This document shows, one piece after another, positions 20,601 to 24,082 of a DNA stretch of 24,082 bases. A program made the position numbers and the translations under genes. The number at the start of each line of letters is the position of its first letter. The first letter of the stretch is position 1. Source of the stretch: Macrostomum lignano (lineage: Eukaryota); contig NIVC01002941.1 of assembly GCA_002269645.1 (NCBI GenBank), positions 1 to 24,082 on the forward strand, written 5' to 3'. The notes beneath the pieces were generated by a model that was not told the DNA's origin, made no database searches, and saw only the letters and a list, made by a program, of their open reading frames with translations.

Positions 20601-23600
20601 GTTAGCTGGACCAGTTCAATTAGAATAGGATAAGCCAAATCTGAACACTTTTGCAGCAAGCTCACCACAGTAGATTCAATCTCGTCCTATGACTGAACTG
20701 CGATGAGGCAACACGTCTGTCCACCGGACTGACCAGCGTCTCAGGTGCCTCAGCTGACTTCTTAGAAGTGTCCAGACGTGAGGTGTCAGCCTATAGTCGA
20801 CTTAATGGCTCTTGGTCTTAAAGTCTTGGTCGATATCTTGCTGGAGTTGCTTGCGTCACTCGTCTGCATCAAAGCTGACTTGCCGTCTCCAGACTGGGCC
20901 TGTCAAATTTGGCATTTATACGAGAATTCAGGATTGACAGTTTACAACTGATATTCTACTGAGACTTTGAAACAGACTGGCATATTGGTGTCAGTACAGT
21001 CTGTAGGTTAGCTGGACCACCTAAACTTGAATTCCACCTCCTATCTGTGAGGCTCTTCAACAGACTGGCTCAGTTGCGTCAGTGCAGTCTGTAGGTTAGC
21101 TGGACCAGCTAAACTTGAATTCCACCTCCTATTGGTGAGGCTCTAAAACAGACTGGCTCAGTTGCGTCAGTGCAGTCTGTAGGTTAGCTGGACCACCTAA
21201 ACTTGAATTCCACCTCCTATCTGTGAGGCTCTAAAACAGACTGGATCAGTTGCGTCAGTACAGTCTGTAGGTTAGCTGGACCACCTAAACTTGAATTCCA
21301 CCCCATCTGTGAGGCTCTAAAACAGACTGGCTCTGTGGCGTCAGTACAGTCTGTAGGTTAGCTGGACCAGTTCAATTAGAATAGGATAAGCCAAATCTGA
21401 ACACTTTTGCAGCAAGCTCACCACAGTAGATTCAATCTCGTCCTATGACTGAACTGCGATGAGGCAACACGTCTGTCCACCGGACTGACCAGCGTCTCAG
21501 GTGCCTCAGCTGACTTCTTAGAAGTGTCCAGACGTGAGGTGTCAGCCTATAGTCGACTTAATGGCTCTTGGTCTTAAAGTCTTGGTCGATATCTTGCTGG
21601 AGTTGCTTGCGTCACTCGTCTGCATCAAAGCTGACTTGCCGTCTCCAGACTGGGCCTGTCAAATTTGGCATTTATACGAGAATTAAGGATTGACAGTTTA
21701 CAACTGATATTCTACTGAGACTTTGAAACAGACTGGCATATTGGTGTCAGTACAGTCTGTAGGTTAGCTGGACCACCTAAACTTGAATTCCACCTCCTAT
21801 CTGTGAGGCTCTTCAACAGACTGGCTCAGTTGCGTCAGTGCAGTCTGTAGGTTAGCTGGACCAGCTAAACTTGAATTCCACCTCCTATCTGTGAGGCTCT
21901 TAAACAGACTTGATCAATTGCGTCAGTACAGTCTGTAGGTTAGCTGGACCACCTAAACTTGAATTCCACCCCATCTGTGAGGCTCTAAAACAGACTGGCT
22001 CTGTGGCGTCAGTACAGTCTGTAGGTTAGCTGGACCAGTTCAATTAGAATAGGATAAGCCAAATCTGAACACTTTTGCAGCAAGCTCACCACAGTAGATT
22101 CAATCTCGTCCTATGACTGAACTGCGATGAGGCAACACGTCTGTCCACCGGACTGACCAGCGTCTCAGGTGCCTCAGCGACTTCTTAGAAGTGTCCAGAC
22201 GTGAGGTGTCAGCCTATAGTCGACTTAATGGCTCTTGGTCTTAAAGTCTTGGTCGATATCTTGCTGGAGTTGCTTGCGTCACTCGTCTGCATCAAAGCTG
22301 ACTTGCCGTCTCCAGACTGGGCCTGTCAAATTTGGCATTTATACGAGAATTCAGGATTGACAGTTTACAACTGATATTCTACTGAGACTTTGAAACAGAC
22401 TGGCATATTGGTGTCAGTACAGTCTGTAGGTTAGCTGGACCACCTAAACTTGAATTCCACCTCCTATCTGTGAGGCTCTTAAACAGACTGGCTCTGTGGC
22501 GTCAGTGCAGTCTGTAGGTTAGCTGGACCTCCTAAAACTTGAATTCCACCCCATCTATGAGGCTCTAAAACAGACTGGCTCTGTGGCGTCAGTACAGTCT
22601 GTAGGTTAGCTGGACCAGTTCAATTAGAATAGGATAAGCCAAATCTGAACACTTTTGCAGCAAGCTCACCACAGTAGATTCAATCTCGTCCTATGACTGA
22701 ACTGCGATGAGGCAACACGTCTGTCCACCGGACTGACCAGCGTCTCAGGTGCCTCAGCCGACTTCTTAGAAGTGTCCAGACGTGAGGTGTCAGCCTATAG
22801 TCGACTAATGGCTCTTGGCCTTTAAAGTCTTGGTCGATATCTTGCTGGAGTTGCTTGCGTCACTCGTCTGCATCAAAGCTGACTTGCCGTCTCCAGACTG
22901 GGCCTGTCAAATTTGGCATTTATACGAGAATTCAGGATTGACAGTTTACAACTGATATTCTACTGAGACTTTGAAACAGACTGGCATATTGGTGTCAGTA
23001 CAGTCTGTAGGTTAGCTGGACCACCTAAACTTGAATTCCACCTCCTATCTGTGAGGCTCTTCAACAGACTGGCTCAGTTGCGTCAGTGCAGTCTGTAGGT
23101 TAGCTGGACCAGCTAAACTTGAATTCCACCTCCTATTGGTGAGGCTCTAAAACAGACTGGCTCAGTTGCGTCAGTGCAGTCTGTAGGTTAGCTGGACCAC
23201 CTAAACTTGAATTCCACCTCCTATCTGTGAGGCTCTTCAACAGACTGGATCAGTTGCGTCAGTACAGTCTGTAGGTTAGCTGGACCACCTAAACTTGAAT
23301 TCCGCCCCATCTGTGAGGCTCTAAAACAGACTGGCTCTGTGGCGTCAGTACAGTCTGTAGGTTAGCTGGACCAGTTCAATTAGAATAGGATAAGCCAAAT
23401 CTGAACACTTTGCAGCAAGCTCACCACAGTAGATTCAATCTCGTCCTATGACTGAACTGCGATGAGGCAACACGTCTGTTCCACCGGACTGACCAGCGTC
23501 TCAGGTGCCTCAGCTGACTTCTTAGAAGTGTCCAGACGTGAGGTGTCAGCCTATAGTCGACTTAATGGCTCTTGGTCTTAAAGTCTTGGTCGATATCTTG

Positions 23601-24082
23601 CTGGAGTTGCTTGCGTCACTCGTCTGCATCAAAGCTGACTTGCCGTCTCCAGACTGGGCCTGTCAAATTTGGCATTTATACGAGAATTAAGGATTGACAG
23701 TTTACAACTGATATTCTACTGAGACTTTGAAACAGACTGGCATATTGGTGTCAGTACAGTCTGTAGGTTTAGCTGGACCACCTAAACTTGAATTCCACCT
23801 CCTATCTGTGAGGCTCTTCAACAGACTTGGCTCAGTTGCGTCAGTGCAGTCTGTAGGTTAGCTGGACAGCCTAAACTTGAATTCCACCTCCTATCTGTGA
23901 GGCTCTTAAAACAGACTTGATCAATTGCGTCAGTACAGTCTGTAGGTTAGCTGGACCACCTAAACTTGAATTCCACCCATCTGTGAGGCTCTAAACAGAC
24001 TGGCTGTGCGTCAGTACAAGTCTGTAGGTTAGCTGGACCAGTTCAATTAGAATAGGATAAGCCAATCTGAACACTTTTGCAG
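11146..24082. repeat. Nested tandem satellite: ~406-bp constant segment plus variable numbers of 86-88-bp subrepeats; runs off the window end
   Basis: The marker GGAGTTGCTTGCGTCAC occurs at 11151, 11817, 12572, 13240, 13820, 14575, 15330, 16170, 16925, 17505, 18173, 18753, 19508, 20263, 20843, 21599, 22266, 22847 and 23603. Copies are near-identical. Confidence 0.98.

Noticed and set aside
11298-24082. CRISPR-like array (constant ~50-bp repeat with partial palindrome plus ~37-bp variable part)
   Set aside because: The 'spacers' are near-identical variants of one sequence rather than unique. No cas genes are present and the context is eukaryotic and intron-containing.
11146-24082. Helitron tandem array or protein-coding repeat
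   Set aside because: No 3' hairpin plus CTRR terminus recognised, and no ORF of 60 aa or more within the units.

Overview
Eukaryotic, intron-containing genomic DNA, probably from an invertebrate. GC3-rich exons, microsatellite-filled introns and a tRNA-derived SINE resemble Macrostomum-type flatworm assemblies, but the taxon is only an inference. The first ~10 kb holds two probable exons of an unidentified gene (1-129 and 3659-3993, the latter with a 1-nt frameshift). Between them lie an 11-bp satellite, a perfect 17-bp hairpin and a Tc1/mariner-like remnant. A full-length SINE and a pyrimidine-rich minisatellite follow. Next is a complete 4-exon gene (6424-9657, 523 aa) with an MGxxxS N-terminus and four divergent ~100-aa repeats. 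From ~11146 to the window end is a nested tandem array of 18 complete units plus one partial unit. Each unit is ~406 bp of constant sequence plus 2-5 extra ~87-bp subrepeats carrying palindromes, giving lengths of about 580, 668, 755 or 840 bp. The array appears to derive from the right end of a degenerate hAT-like element that starts near 10365. No prokaryotic system or CRISPR array is supported.
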